Part shown: piece after piece, positions 45,486 through 55,867 of the stretch
Layout of the letters: each line of letters starts with the position of its first letter
Position numbering within the stretch: the stretch's first letter is position 1
NCBI GenBank assembly: GCA_017628025.1
Contig: JAGBZX010000041.1
Coordinates: forward strand, 1-60,834
Direction of reading: 5' to 3'
Source of the DNA: Kiritimatiellia bacterium
GTDB taxonomy: Bacteria; Verrucomicrobiota; Kiritimatiellia; RFP12; UBA1067
DNA length: 60,834 bases
Translations under genes and position numbers: made by a program
The notes under the pieces: generated by a model
What the model was told of the DNA's origin: nothing
What the model saw: only the letters and a program-made list of their open reading frames with translations
Databases searched by the model: none

Positions 45486-48053
45486 TTATCTAATACTTAA
45501 CGAAAAACCTGGCCAAATCCAATTTATATTATCTCCTTTATTTGAAGAAGCTCGCGCTTTGATTGTTTGGCCAAGCGAAGCATCAGAATGATCTACTGTT
45601 ACATGTTTAACTAATACGTTAGCTCCTGGCGCTACATTCAAGGACCATAACTCGTCTTCAACGGCAGGCGATAATATCACATTGCCTTCTTTGTTTCCAT
45701 TAAATACAAGAGAACCGCCTTCTGCTATATTTACGCAATTTGTACTACCAGTACCAAAAAGTAGTTTTTTGCCAGGTGTTGTGCAAACTAAATTATTAAA
45801 AACACACGTTCCTGTAATAAGCGAGTCATCTGGACCACAAAAACGAAGCTCACCAGTATATGCCTGTAATTTAGGAGCATTAAGTCCTGCGTTAAAATCG
45901 CCGTAAATTTCTATATTCTTATCTGCTATCCCAACATGAGCGGCATTACGCATTATTAGAGTACCAATCTTACCAAGGCCAAATTTTTCATCAAGCGGTG
46001 TATACGCTACATAACGATCTATAGCTGAAGAATTATTCTGAATGACATTTAGGTTATCAACAATCAACGTAGCATTTGTTGGCGTTTGATTGTATGCTTG
46101 AAGATATATTGTTCCAGCAGCAGCAGATGATACCCCTTGCTTATTAGAAACATATCCACCGTACGCAGTAATCGTTCCTGTGAAGAAAGTACTAAAATCC
46201 ACAGCCGAAGAATCTGTTTGATAAAGAGCGATACGCCCACCACTGCCACTTTTACCTTTCATCGTGCATCCGCCATTAGCATAAATCTTCCCTGTTCCAT
46301 ATAATTTTGCGCATTTTATCCAAATCGCGCCCCCTGCTCCACTTTGTGATTGGGTGCTAGCATTGTCTCCATTTGCATTTATAGTGCCATTTAAAACTAA
46401 ATCCCCATCTACAAACAATCGAACAACTCCACCACCAGCGCCATAATAACCACCAGCTCCTGCCATTGAAGGCTCTAACGCTGAATCATACGCGTAATTA
46501 GAACTAGCAGTACACCCTCCATGACAAGCAGCTGAACCACCCGATCCAATAGTGCCTGTCGGCGAGCCTCGATAATATCCACAAGCTGCAACATTAATTA
46601 AGGCGTCAGATTCAATCGTCATATTACCGCCTACATCAAGCCACATCTTATAAGCCAATGTTTGAGATACTGGAGGTCTAGATTTATGCGAAAGCGTTGC
46701 GCGACTCTTTAGATAAACATCCCCTGTAATAGTATTTGTGTATGTGTGATTCATTATTAATTTACACGAACCCTCTCCACCACCTAGCTCAAGCGAGGCT
46801 ACTTTTATTGGCTCTATAACTGTTATCGTATCCGTTGTCCCCGCATTAACCGCATTAGAGATAATAACAGAATTATTAATAGATGGAGCAAAATTAGCAG
46901 GCGTTCCACCAGCTAGAAGCCACTTTGAGGAATCTTCAAATGCACCACTTCCTCCTGCCCAATACAAAACAGCATTATTTGGAATGGTTGTTGCGCTAAT
47001 ATCTTCAAAAAGAGGCCTCATGAGAGAAATAGTCACTGTATCATTTATTGAGTCATTAGGCAAAACACAGTTCTTACCTAGCCCTTTCCATACAAAACTC
47101 ACATTAGGTTCAGACGAACGCACTTTAAGCTTTACAACTTCTCCTGCCGGACGCCATGTGTCTATCGATGAAGCCCATGTCAAGCCATCATCAATTGAGT
47201 ACTCTATTTTATTGTCGGCACTAGTAACAACTAGCTTAACTTCCGTTCCATTTTCTCCTTCTCGTATTCTGGTAAAAGCATTAGCCTCATCCGCACCAAA
47301 ATAACGCACTTCATCAACTATTGCGTTTTGAATTCTCTCAGATGGTGAAAGAACTTTATTATACATACGAACAGAACGAACTTGTGCTTTAGCATAAGAG
47401 AATAGTATCGTGTCAACATTCCCTAGAGAGTGGTTTGCAACACCAGTATTTACAAATGCGACAGGGCCATCATCAAATGATAAACTTGCCCCATTAGCAT
47501 CAACAACTATAGTAACAAGAACAAAGTCATTTAAGTACTTCGCTGTTGAGAATGGCAATATTTCCGTTTTACCAGCATACGTAAACTTACGAAATGGGTG
47601 TGCAGGAATCAGGCTAGAGGCATCTCCTAACGCTAAACCACTGCTTAGCGAGATATAGGACGAATCTGCATAGAAAGATGTTTGTTTTACAAGAATTTGA
47701 AATGTACAGTTTTTATTTTTTAAAGCCGTTCGAAAATTTGAATTGCCAAACCTAATGCCGCCCAAACTACCATTTGAACCTAATGTTACATAATCAGTAC
47801 CGTCATATGTATAACAAAATTGATTTTTAGTTTTTACTGTTCCAATATCAGCAGTAAGTTCCTTCCATAATGCAGGAGTGCCATGAATCTCCTCTTTTGT
47901 TTCAGCATTAACACCATTATTTGCGATTGCATCAAAATGTCCAACAAGCCCTTCTTGAATATACGACTTCACCCAAAGCGTATCAGCAAAAAGAGAAGAA
48001 GCAAAGGAAACTACAACAGTAAAAAAAGTAGTTGCAAATAATTTTAAAGACAT
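45486..48053 (-). CDS. Secreted/surface protein: LamG-like N-domain, Gly-rich beta-helix-like region, C-terminal GFSLSIR
   Basis: Signal peptide; GLVGHFDA...VRMYNKVLS..E (LamG-like); GAGGGVVRL/GAGGAIWI/GSGGRIAL repeats. Confidence 0.75.
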   Translation of the reverse strand: MSLKLFATTFFTVVVSFASSLFADTLWVKSYIQEGLVGHFDAIANNGVNAETKEEIHGTPALWKELTADIGTVKTKNQFCYTYDGTDYVTLGSNGSLGGIRFGNSNFRTALKNKNCTFQILVKQTSFYADSSYISLSSGLALGDASSLIPAHPFRKFTYAGKTEILPFSTAKYLNDFVLVTIVVDANGASLSFDDGPVAFVNTGVANHSLGNVDTILFSYAKAQVRSVRMYNKVLSPSERIQNAIVDEVRYFGADEANAFTRIREGENGTEVKLVVTSADNKIEYSIDDGLTWASSIDTWRPAGEVVKLKVRSSEPNVSFVWKGLGKNCVLPNDSINDTVTISLMRPLFEDISATTIPNNAVLYWAGGSGAFEDSSKWLLAGGTPANFAPSINNSVIISNAVNAGTTDTITVIEPIKVASLELGGGEGSCKLIMNHTYTNTITGDVYLKSRATLSHKSRPPVSQTLAYKMWLDVGGNMTIESDALINVAACGYYRGSPTGTIGSGGSAACHGGCTASSNYAYDSALEPSMAGAGGYYGAGGGVVRLFVDGDLVLNGTINANGDNASTQSQSGAGGAIWIKCAKLYGTGKIYANGGCTMKGKSGSGGRIALYQTDSSAVDFSTFFTGTITAYGGYVSNKQGVSSAAAGTIYLQAYNQTPTNATLIVDNLNVIQNNSSAIDRYVAYTPLDEKFGLGKIGTLIMRNAAHVGIADKNIEIYGDFNAGLNAPKLQAYTGELRFCGPDDSLITGTCVFNNLVCTTPGKKLLFGTGSTNCVNIAEGGSLVFNGNKEGNVILSPAVEDELWSLNVAPGANVLVKHVTVDHSDASLGQTIKARASSNKGDNINWIWPGFSLSIR

Positions 48054-48079
48054 AACACGCCCTTTCCTATTATGCTAGT

Positions 48080-48110
48080 ATTTTAGAAATTACCCCCCCC
48101 CCCCTGTCAA
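48080..48110 (-). promoter_or_regulatory. Promoter with a G12 tract between -35 TTGACA and -10 TAAAAT (phase-variable candidate)
   Basis: Minus strand TTGACA-G12-TAATTTC-TAAAAT (19-bp spacer) with upstream T-tracts; RBS and ATG 48053 follow. Confidence 0.75.
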
Positions 48111-48237
48111 GAAAAAAAATAAAAAAAAACAACCGGCAAAGTAATCGGATTAACACGAAAAAGACAAGAGCTTGGGAACACTTTCCCTTGTAGGGAGTAT
48201 CAGTGGTTATAATTCTCTAAAAGTGCGAGTAATCACA

Positions 48238-48714
48238 TTACTTCCAGTAATAGCAAAGGATTGTTGCCCATACAATGCCTGTAATCATCCCGCAAAAAAC
48301 TTCAAGCCGTGTATGACCTAAAAGTTCACGGAGACGCTCTTTGGGTTTAAACTTTAACTCTCTAATATCACGCACTATTGCATTTAAAATTTTTGCATGC
48401 TCTCCTGCTGCATGTCTTAAAGTGGCTGCGTCAAACATCGTTACTACTGCAAAGCCTACTGCAATTGTCGCTATTGGCGTATTAAAGCCTTCTGTATAAC
48501 CGATACTAAATGCTAACGCAGAAACAGCTGCAGAGTGACTCGATGGCATGCCACCTGTCGAAACTAAATACGCAAAATCAAACTCCTTTGTCTTGCATGC
48601 GGCGATAATTATTTTAATAAAACTAGCTACAACCCAGCCTCCTATACCGCACCAAAACCATTTATTTACAAAAAGATCCCAAAACTCACAATGTTCTATA
48701 GCTGCTAATACCAT
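48238..48714 (-). CDS. Divergent PAP2 family (DUF212/YuiD-like) membrane protein
   Basis: TGGMPSSHSA, MFDA..LR..AG.HA..LN, L.ELLGHT..EV. Confidence 0.88.
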   Translation of the reverse strand: MVLAAIEHCEFWDLFVNKWFWCGIGGWVVASFIKIIIAACKTKEFDFAYLVSTGGMPSSHSAAVSALAFSIGYTEGFNTPIATIAVGFAVVTMFDAATLRHAAGEHAKILNAIVRDIRELKFKPKERLRELLGHTRLEVFCGMITGIVWATILCYYWK

Positions 48715-48742
48715 TTTATTTGTTCCTTAAATATTTTGATGA

Positions 48743-49426
48743 CTAATTACGCTCAAGCTTATAGCCTCGCGCTCTCTCACAAACAACTTTTGAACCGCAC
48801 GCACCTAATTTTTTACGAAGATTGCATACATGCACGTATAGCATAGTATCTACACAAGCAAACCCCAAGCCACGCAAGGAGGATATGATTGAATTCACAC
48901 TTAAGAAGGCACCATTTGCATTATAAAGAAGTTTAAGTAAATCAGATTCTGTCTTTGTAAGGTGATCTATTACCTTCTCTTTTGAGTATATCGCACCTAA
49001 AGAAAAATCTATTTTCAACTCTCCAATCTGCGCTAAATCTTGAACCTCATCACCTGCTATTTCAATCGTTCTCTCTAGTGCCCTTCTAACACGCGCTACT
49101 AAAAGACATCCTTCAACGCTCTTCGATATAAAATCATGAGCACCGACACTAAAAGCGTGCATTTCATCCGCGTCAGAATCTTTAGCCGTTAGAAAAATTA
49201 TCGGCACTTTACTATCAATTTCATAGATCTTTTTTGCTGCGGCATAGCCATTCATCTTTGGCATCATAACATCCATCACCACTAAATCAGGCTTGGCTTG
49301 AGCAAATTTAATCAATGCAATTTCACCATTTGAAGCGATGCGAACAGAATATCCTTCACTCTCAAAAAGAAGTTTCAATTGTTCACGCACAATGCGTTCA
49401 TCATCTACTATTAAAAGCTCAGACAT
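48743..49426 (-). CDS. OmpR-family response regulator (no cognate kinase in window)
   Basis: LIVDDE, DVMMP.MNG, IFLTAK; winged helix VHVCNLRKKL...RGYKL. Confidence 0.88.
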   Translation of the reverse strand: MSELLIVDDERIVREQLKLLFESEGYSVRIASNGEIALIKFAQAKPDLVVMDVMMPKMNGYAAAKKIYEIDSKVPIIFLTAKDSDADEMHAFSVGAHDFISKSVEGCLLVARVRRALERTIEIAGDEVQDLAQIGELKIDFSLGAIYSKEKVIDHLTKTESDLLKLLYNANGAFLSVNSIISSLRGLGFACVDTMLYVHVCNLRKKLGACGSKVVCERARGYKLERN

Positions 49427-50305
49427 TTAATCTTCTGAACGAGTTTCTAAAATTTTCTTCAAATACTGACCGTAGGTAGAATTACCATAGTCTTCTAAGA
49501 CCTTTGCAAACATTTCTTCAGTAATCCAGCCACGTGAAAGTGCTATTTCTTCAATGCAACTAATCTGAAGTCCTTGTCGTTCAATAATTGCACGAACAAA
49601 ATTTGTCGCATCCGCTAATGACTGATGAGTACCTGTATCAAGCCAGGCATAACCTCTACCCATTGTCTTAACTTGAAGTTGCCCACGAGAAAGATATTCT
49701 TTGTTAATATCAGTTATCTCATATTCTCCTCTGGGAGATGGCTTAAGCTGTAATGCGATTTTAACAACATCATTAGGATAAAAATAAAGACCAGGAATAG
49801 CATAATGAGATTTTGGGCACTTAGGCTTTTCTTCAAGAGAAACAGCAGAGCCCTTATCATCGAATTCAACCACACCATATCGCTCAGGATCCGCTACTCT
49901 ATACCCAAAAATAGTTGGCTCTTTAGACGCGTTTACCTCTTTAAGCATTCGCGGCAGATCCGCACCATAAAAAATATTATCGCCGAGAACTAAGCATACA
50001 TCATCATCACCAATAAAATCTTTTCCAATAACAAATGCCTGCGCTAACCCATTGGGAACTAATTGCTCTTTATAGGTAAACGACATCCCTAAATTGGAAC
50101 CATCTCCCAAAAGACGCTTGAAATTAGGCAAATCTACTGGAGTAGAAATTATAAGAATCTCTCTTATTCCTGCTAACATCAGCGTTGAGAGGGGATAATA
50201 AATCATAGGCTTATCAAACACCGGCAAAAGCTGCTTCGACACAGCCTTTGTAATAGGATGCAGACGCGTCCCTGCCCCCCCTGCTAATATAATGCCCTTT
50301 CTCAC
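49427..50305 (-). CDS. rfbA: Glucose-1-phosphate thymidylyltransferase
   Basis: [53 protein letters not shown]. Confidence 0.96.
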   Translation of the reverse strand: MRKGIILAGGAGTRLHPITKAVSKQLLPVFDKPMIYYPLSTLMLAGIREILIISTPVDLPNFKRLLGDGSNLGMSFTYKEQLVPNGLAQAFVIGKDFIGDDDVCLVLGDNIFYGADLPRMLKEVNASKEPTIFGYRVADPERYGVVEFDDKGSAVSLEEKPKCPKSHYAIPGLYFYPNDVVKIALQLKPSPRGEYEITDINKEYLSRGQLQVKTMGRGYAWLDTGTHQSLADATNFVRAIIERQGLQISCIEEIALSRGWITEEMFAKVLEDYGNSTYGQYLKKILETRSED

Positions 50306-51174
50306 TTTACTTCCTCGTAGTTTTTACCGTTGAACGAAACGGAAACTCCTGTGCAGAGCCATTTAGTAAGTTCTACAAGTTCCGACTCAGAAAGTCCTTC
50401 TTGAGGCCAAACAAGCTTTTCGACGTGAGAATCAGCAAATACTAAATGAGCACATACTGTGCGCTTTGAAGTACGATGGTTAAAGCCGATGTATTCAGGC
50501 GTTGTGCCGCACCCGTCAAACTGAAGCGTGCAATCATTTTTAAAACCTGGGTCTTCTGACGTATCTACTTCACCTTCTGTACCTAGAAACGGTAATTCTG
50601 CAAATAACAAGCGGCGCTCTCTAGCCGTACCGGAACGAGTTCCTGGCGGCGCCTTTTTAACTATCGCAGATGCCCAGCCATAATTAGCGTTCATAACGTA
50701 ACTCCAAGCTGGTTTAATGCGCTTTTTCTTCATTACCGCTAAGTGTGTTGGACACAGGAAGCAGTCAGTATTACCCTGAAGAATAGAAAAGAACGTTCCA
50801 TTAGTATAGGCATACATCTGCGTCTCGGGGTCTTGGTTGTATGCTGAGATAAGCATACTTTGATTTGCCGACTGGGAATCGGAGCTTGAGCTACCCCTAT
50901 CGTCCCAACCTAGCCACCCCATACGACGCTGAAACGAAAATCCCTTTCTTGACATTATTTTAGTGTTTGGCTGACTGCCTGCTCTCAATGGCTGATTTTT
51001 TTCATCTGTAAGAATCGATGCAGCTACCGCTAAAGACCTAAGATTTGCCATACACTTTACGGCTCTTGCTGACTCCGTTGAGCCCGAAAATAGCCCAACT
51101 AATACAGCCACCAAAAGCGCTAATATACCAATAACAACAAGTAGCTCAACGAGCGTAAAGGCTTTTCTTTTCAA
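50302..51174 (-). CDS. Prepilin-type N-terminal methylation protein with H-X9-DG-like C-terminus
   Basis: [12 protein letters not shown]...C..NLR, FLCP, FNH...AHLVFADSH. Confidence 0.8.
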   Translation of the reverse strand: MKRKAFTLVELLVVIGILALLVAVLVGLFSGSTESARAVKCMANLRSLAVAASILTDEKNQPLRAGSQPNTKIMSRKGFSFQRRMGWLGWDDRGSSSSDSQSANQSMLISAYNQDPETQMYAYTNGTFFSILQGNTDCFLCPTHLAVMKKKRIKPAWSYVMNANYGWASAIVKKAPPGTRSGTARERRLLFAELPFLGTEGEVDTSEDPGFKNDCTLQFDGCGTTPEYIGFNHRTSKRTVCAHLVFADSHVEKLVWPQEGLSESELVELTKWLCTGVSVSFNGKNYEEVK

Positions 51175-51188
51175 ATCAAACTCCTTTT

Positions 51189-54100
51189 TTATTCAAACTG
51201 TCTATAAAAGAGAACTCGAGTACGGTGTGGCCCATTGCCTGTAGAAGGTCTCTTAGGATCTCTCCAAACCAAAGCAACTGCTCTGACACCTAACTGAGGG
51301 GGAACTTGGTTTTCTCCACCACCACCCATCATAAGAGGCTCTGCTCTGACGAAAACTAGATAAAGCTGCTGCTGTGCAGCAAAGCACTCTCTCCAATAAC
51401 CATACAAAAACTTCTTGTCGGCGCCCCAGAGCGTCACTCCTGAATTACTCAAGTCGATATTAAATAATTCATCTGGACCACCATACCAATCTAGCTGCTC
51501 ATTCCATGTCTTACCCCAATCATAAATAGTATCGCCTGAACGCATCGCATCCATAAATTTACCTGCTATCTTACGCAAATCTTCCCACTTGATTTTATTA
51601 GTCTCTTTATCAGCGTAAGCGCAATACGCGTATTTTTTATTGAAGTCTGCGGCAGAAAGTTTTTCTAACTCTTCTTCATTATTCGTAGAAGCCACTCTCC
51701 AATCTAGCGGTGTATTTGCAAAAGCGGCAATAATTACATTCGTAGAATCTGAATAAGGATTTACCTTTACGCCTCGTCCTATAGAAGTAAAAGGAAGTTT
51801 TTCAAAGCCTTCATAATCATAGTCAATTGGATCAAACGTGCGCCACATATACTCTTTATTTACGATTTCATTAAACGAATCTGCGATTGATGTACGGCGC
51901 ATGTTATTAAGAGATGTCATTGAACCTATGACCTTTGCATCGCCTGATGAAGTAAAATTCTTAAAGCGCGGCAAAAATGCTAACTCATATATTGACTGTA
52001 AATAGCCTTGGTCGCTAGTTGACATAAAAATATCAGTATCTCTTTCGTCACCTTGACCGACCATGCAACTTTCAAGCCATTTCTCCTCAGTAAGTGTTGA
52101 ATTAATTGAATACCAATACTCTGGAGCAAAATTAAACCTTGGGTCTGCCACAATCATAGAACTAGGATAAAGTTTGAATTGCTTAGGCTCTTCTGTGGCT
52201 ATTTTATCTAGCCCTTCCACACTAAAATCGAACTCTATTGATTGGCCCTTGCCACCTGCAGTATCAAAACGCATAAGTGGATACTCTATACCGCAAATCT
52301 CTTTGCCGATTTCACTCATCAACTGTGCACCAACACCACCTGACGCACCAGATGAAGCATCATCAGCAAAACAAGCTGGCACCATATCTACAACTCTAGG
52401 ATCATCGCCAGAGGATTTTACTCTAAGCCAAATAGCCGCATTAAGTCTTAATGAACACAAAGAACTAGAATAACCACCCTGAAGTTTACCTAATAAAGAA
52501 TCTTGTGCAAAAGGCTCTTCAATCGGCACACCCTTCTCATCAAGTGGTCTCCATGATGTACGAGCTTCTTGGAGATACTTTTGACCTTGCGAGTTTTGCC
52601 CGCCAGGATTTTTCATAACTGAATCAATAAAATACTGATCTCTATCACTGTTTTTAGGCAGTTCCCAGACATATTTTAATTCTAAAAGTAGGTTACCACT
52701 TTCTGCTAATGCCGTGTCCAAGGCAAGAGCATTTGCTAACGACAAAAGAGAATTGCTACCTTCTCCTGAGACTACTTTAATAGCGTCCTTTTCTTCTTGA
52801 ATATTCTCGGGATCAAACTTTACATCAACACCATTAGGAGAAAGATTAATCGAAATTTGTCCAAGCTCAGCTTTAACAGCACTTTGTGCATCAAACTCAG
52901 ATGCCTCTGGATGAAGCTTATCTTGAGAGCCTGTTCTAAGACCTAAATTAGCATCCTTTTGAGAGAAGAAAAGTTTAAATATTCCACTTACACTAAACTT
53001 CATATCGTCAGAAGTTAATTCTCCTGGCTTACTAAAAGGATAAACAGCTAAAGCCTTAACGAGCGAAGTCATATCAAACATCTCTTTTAAGCGGAGTTTG
53101 TATTTGACAGTCGTGTTATAAGTTGTAATTGGATTTTCAGGCGTTCCCCCAATAGTGCCTTCACTATGCTCTATTTCGCGCTCGATTTTAAATCTTGAGT
53201 CATTTTTTACCATCGGCTCTATACCGCATATCATAGCATGACGCTCTGTAGTAGGTATAGCTAAGGACAATGGATTACGGTCATAGTCAAGATAATCCCA
53301 AAGTGCCGCCAAACCTAGACCACTTAAATAATTCTGCCACAGAAACTTCCCACCATCTGGATCATTTACTGTATTACCATCATTGTCTTTTGGTTCGGTG
53401 TCCTTAGTCTGACAAAGTTCACCAAGAATCACCTTATATGCTGAAGCGTTTGCACGCTCCAAATCGGGCATTCTAAATGGCTGATTTTCGCTCAAATTTA
53501 AATCTGCTATAGGAGTTTGAGACGATGTTTGCTCTAAAGATGTTGACTTAATATGAGAAATCAATGAATCCGTAACAAAAGTTTGACGCTCAACTTTATC
53601 TTCATCGTCTTGACTTCCTGTATTGTAGTAGCCAGCTCGCTGTCCACTTGCACCTATATAATCGCAAAAATAACTTTTAAAATTAGCCGCCCCCGATTGT
53701 CCTAGAGCGAGATTATAGTCGCAAAGTGAAATAAGCGGGAATTTACTTGAATAACTTATAGCCTTATTTTCATCAACGTCGCGGAATTTCTCCATAAATT
53801 GATCCCACGACTGAGCCCCAGAAGGAGATGAATCATGATTGAGTCCATTTTCAAAAATGTAAGATAAGGTAACTCTTTTATCAGGAGCAGACGACCTACC
53901 GATATCAGCAAACATTCTATTAATATCGAAATAATCAGAAACATCAACTGCTGTAAACGCATAGCGACCAGTATCGAAACCAAAGTGATGCCATTTCGCC
54001 GTTGGCGTCATGCGCGAATAATACCTAACAGCATTAACTAATGGCGGGGGAAGATACGCAAGCCCCTCTAGCGTTAATGTAGGCACTGTTGATTCTACTG

Positions 54101-54386
54101 TAGAAATTGCATTTGTCCCAAAAAGGACTCTGCCATACCAAATGTTTTTACCTGTTTGAGGAACATTTGGATGAGGATTAGAGGCAACTGACTCCTCAAC
54201 GGCGTCTATTGCTCTAGCCATTGCAGCCTTCGCTAACTGACGCGTCGAAGAAGTTCTCCTTAAAAAGCTAGACGGCAAACGGGATTGCCTCATATAAACA
54301 GAGAAAGAAACTGCTGAAACAATCAGCACCGCTAATACTCCTAGCACTACGAGAAGCGCACTGCCTTTTCTGACACGCATATTCAT
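51189..54386 (-). CDS. Large PilX/GspK-type minor pilin (Verru_Chthon cassette A-like)
   Basis: RKGSALLVVLGVLAVL N-terminus lacking E5, GRYAFTAVDVS, C-terminal RVLFYRQFE. Confidence 0.7.
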   Translation of the reverse strand: MNMRVRKGSALLVVLGVLAVLIVSAVSFSVYMRQSRLPSSFLRRTSSTRQLAKAAMARAIDAVEESVASNPHPNVPQTGKNIWYGRVLFGTNAISTVESTVPTLTLEGLAYLPPPLVNAVRYYSRMTPTAKWHHFGFDTGRYAFTAVDVSDYFDINRMFADIGRSSAPDKRVTLSYIFENGLNHDSSPSGAQSWDQFMEKFRDVDENKAISYSSKFPLISLCDYNLALGQSGAANFKSYFCDYIGASGQRAGYYNTGSQDDEDKVERQTFVTDSLISHIKSTSLEQTSSQTPIADLNLSENQPFRMPDLERANASAYKVILGELCQTKDTEPKDNDGNTVNDPDGGKFLWQNYLSGLGLAALWDYLDYDRNPLSLAIPTTERHAMICGIEPMVKNDSRFKIEREIEHSEGTIGGTPENPITTYNTTVKYKLRLKEMFDMTSLVKALAVYPFSKPGELTSDDMKFSVSGIFKLFFSQKDANLGLRTGSQDKLHPEASEFDAQSAVKAELGQISINLSPNGVDVKFDPENIQEEKDAIKVVSGEGSNSLLSLANALALDTALAESGNLLLELKYVWELPKNSDRDQYFIDSVMKNPGGQNSQGQKYLQEARTSWRPLDEKGVPIEEPFAQDSLLGKLQGGYSSSLCSLRLNAAIWLRVKSSGDDPRVVDMVPACFADDASSGASGGVGAQLMSEIGKEICGIEYPLMRFDTAGGKGQSIEFDFSVEGLDKIATEEPKQFKLYPSSMIVADPRFNFAPEYWYSINSTLTEEKWLESCMVGQGDERDTDIFMSTSDQGYLQSIYELAFLPRFKNFTSSGDAKVIGSMTSLNNMRRTSIADSFNEIVNKEYMWRTFDPIDYDYEGFEKLPFTSIGRGVKVNPYSDSTNVIIAAFANTPLDWRVASTNNEEELEKLSAADFNKKYAYCAYADKETNKIKWEDLRKIAGKFMDAMRSGDTIYDWGKTWNEQLDWYGGPDELFNIDLSNSGVTLWGADKKFLYGYWRECFAAQQQLYLVFVRAEPLMMGGGGENQVPPQLGVRAVALVWRDPKRPSTGNGPHRTRVLFYRQFE

Positions 54387-54868
54387 TTACGCTCCCCCTC
54401 GGTTAAATGGTAATGGTTTGGAACTACGAAGCCTGTTCTCATTGTAGTATTTGCGCTTTGTATCTTAATTCTAGCATTACTTTTCTGGATATTAATAAGA
54501 TAAGGCTTACCCCACGGGTCTAGCATCTTACCACCAGAGCTTAATGCAGCTAATAATAACGAAGGAATTTTGCCAGATTCTGTACTTTCCCCTTCGCCGA
54601 TAAGAAAACTAAGAGCCGAACGATCCGCCTCTTTGTCGTTCATTAACGGTAACTCAAACTTCTCTCCGCCACGATTAAAGTTTTCGTACGCAAGAATAGC
54701 CTGCGAGATAACCTTAACCTCACTGACTGCCTTTTGAATTTTGGCACGATTTTTCGCACCAGCAATTGATGTAAGAAGTGCCGCGACAATCATAGCAATC
54801 ATTGCTACGACTACCATAAGCTCAACTAGCGTAAAACCGCTTCTATTACCACCATTGCGAAGGATCAT
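54383..54868 (-). CDS. Type II secretion/type IV pilin-like protein (GspG-like)
   Basis: GFTLVELMVV, KA.SEVK.I..AI..Y, LDPWGKPY; GGAG RBS before ATG 54868. Confidence 0.8.
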   Translation of the reverse strand: MILRNGGNRSGFTLVELMVVVAMIAMIVAALLTSIAGAKNRAKIQKAVSEVKVISQAILAYENFNRGGEKFELPLMNDKEADRSALSFLIGEGESTESGKIPSLLLAALSSGGKMLDPWGKPYLINIQKSNARIKIQSANTTMRTGFVVPNHYHLTEGERK

Positions 54869-55337
54869 CGGGATAACTCCATATATCGTCCCATGTATCA
54901 AGTACGCCGTCAGGACCGGCACACTTAACATTAACTGTATAAGTAAAAAAGCCTGCATTTGAAACACCATTACCTACGGCAACATCTTTATACTGATGAG
55001 GTTTTGTATCTTCAGTTGCAGAAGAATTGCCTTTTAAAAATGTTGGTGTATCACTTGATTGGGTATCTTCGCAGCTATATGCTCTTTTACGAAGAGTTCC
55101 ATCTTCTTTCCATGGCGAAAGAATCTTAAACATATCGCTTTTCCATACATAAAGATTATCAGCCTCTTCACGGACGGTAGCGATATTTTCTCTAACCTCA
55201 TCGAGATCAACAACCGTCGCAGTGCCTGTTCTCCATGCAATAGAGCTTTGATTGAAAATCATAGTAAGGATAGTAACGAGCATCCCTAAAAGGAGGCTAG
55301 CAACTAATACTTCAATTATAGTAAAACCGCGCTTCAT
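54846..55337 (-). CDS. Minor pilin (PilW/GspJ-like)
   Basis: GFTIIEVLVA..LL; C-terminal AGPDG..DT.DDI. Confidence 0.78.
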   Translation of the reverse strand: MKRGFTIIEVLVASLLLGMLVTILTMIFNQSSIAWRTGTATVVDLDEVRENIATVREEADNLYVWKSDMFKILSPWKEDGTLRKRAYSCEDTQSSDTPTFLKGNSSATEDTKPHQYKDVAVGNGVSNAGFFTYTVNVKCAGPDGVLDTWDDIWSYPDDPSQWW

Positions 55338-55867
55338 TTTTCGGGATCTCCCTGAAAGCGGACCTCTGTGTAGTATAAAGGTTGGCTTAATAATGTCTGC
55401 TCTGTCTTAGCAGCCCTAAAACCAATACGCACTATCGCACTTTCATCATCGTGCTGCACAACTAATGCCGCTTTTAAATCTCCCGCCACTCCAGCCGGCC
55501 ATGAATTAGGCCAACTAGGCTGGAGCTGACTAGTCCATCTAGCAAACTCTTGTTTGGCAATACTATCAATATTGCGTTTTATGCGACCATCAGACTCTAA
55601 ATAAGCTTCCCATCCAGATTCAGATGTCTGGCCCTTATGATTTTTAAATGTGCTCCATTGGAGATTAGTCTGTGAAATAGCCATTACAAGTTGACTTATA
55701 ACTGCATCAGCATACGCGGCACTTGCTACATCTTCATTAGACTGCGCGCTTTCGCGGTAACCAAAAGCAAATAATGAAATTACACTCAAAACGCCTAAAG
55801 CCATAATCGAAATGGCTAAATTAATTTCCATCAATGTAAAGGCGCGTGAAAACCTCTTAATCATCAC
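55334..55867 (-). CDS. Minor pilin (PilV/GspI, Verru_Chthon B-like)
   Basis: AFTLMEINLAISIMALGVLSVISLF..G. Confidence 0.78.
   Translation of the reverse strand: MMIKRFSRAFTLMEINLAISIMALGVLSVISLFAFGYRESAQSNEDVASAAYADAVISQLVMAISQTNLQWSTFKNHKGQTSESGWEAYLESDGRIKRNIDSIAKQEFARWTSQLQPSWPNSWPAGVAGDLKAALVVQHDDESAIVRIGFRAAKTEQTLLSQPLYYTEVRFQGDPEK

Noticed and set aside
48190-48236. Possible degenerate 28-bp site upstream of the surface-protein gene (ATAATTCTCT; GTGCGAGTAATCACA)
   Set aside because: Only partial arm matches with no correct core or spacing; indistinguishable from chance in AT-rich DNA.
54869-54970. Long N-terminal extension of pilin ORF 54383..54970
   Set aside because: It overlaps the upstream pilin; ATG 54868 has a GGAG RBS and gives a normal short leader.
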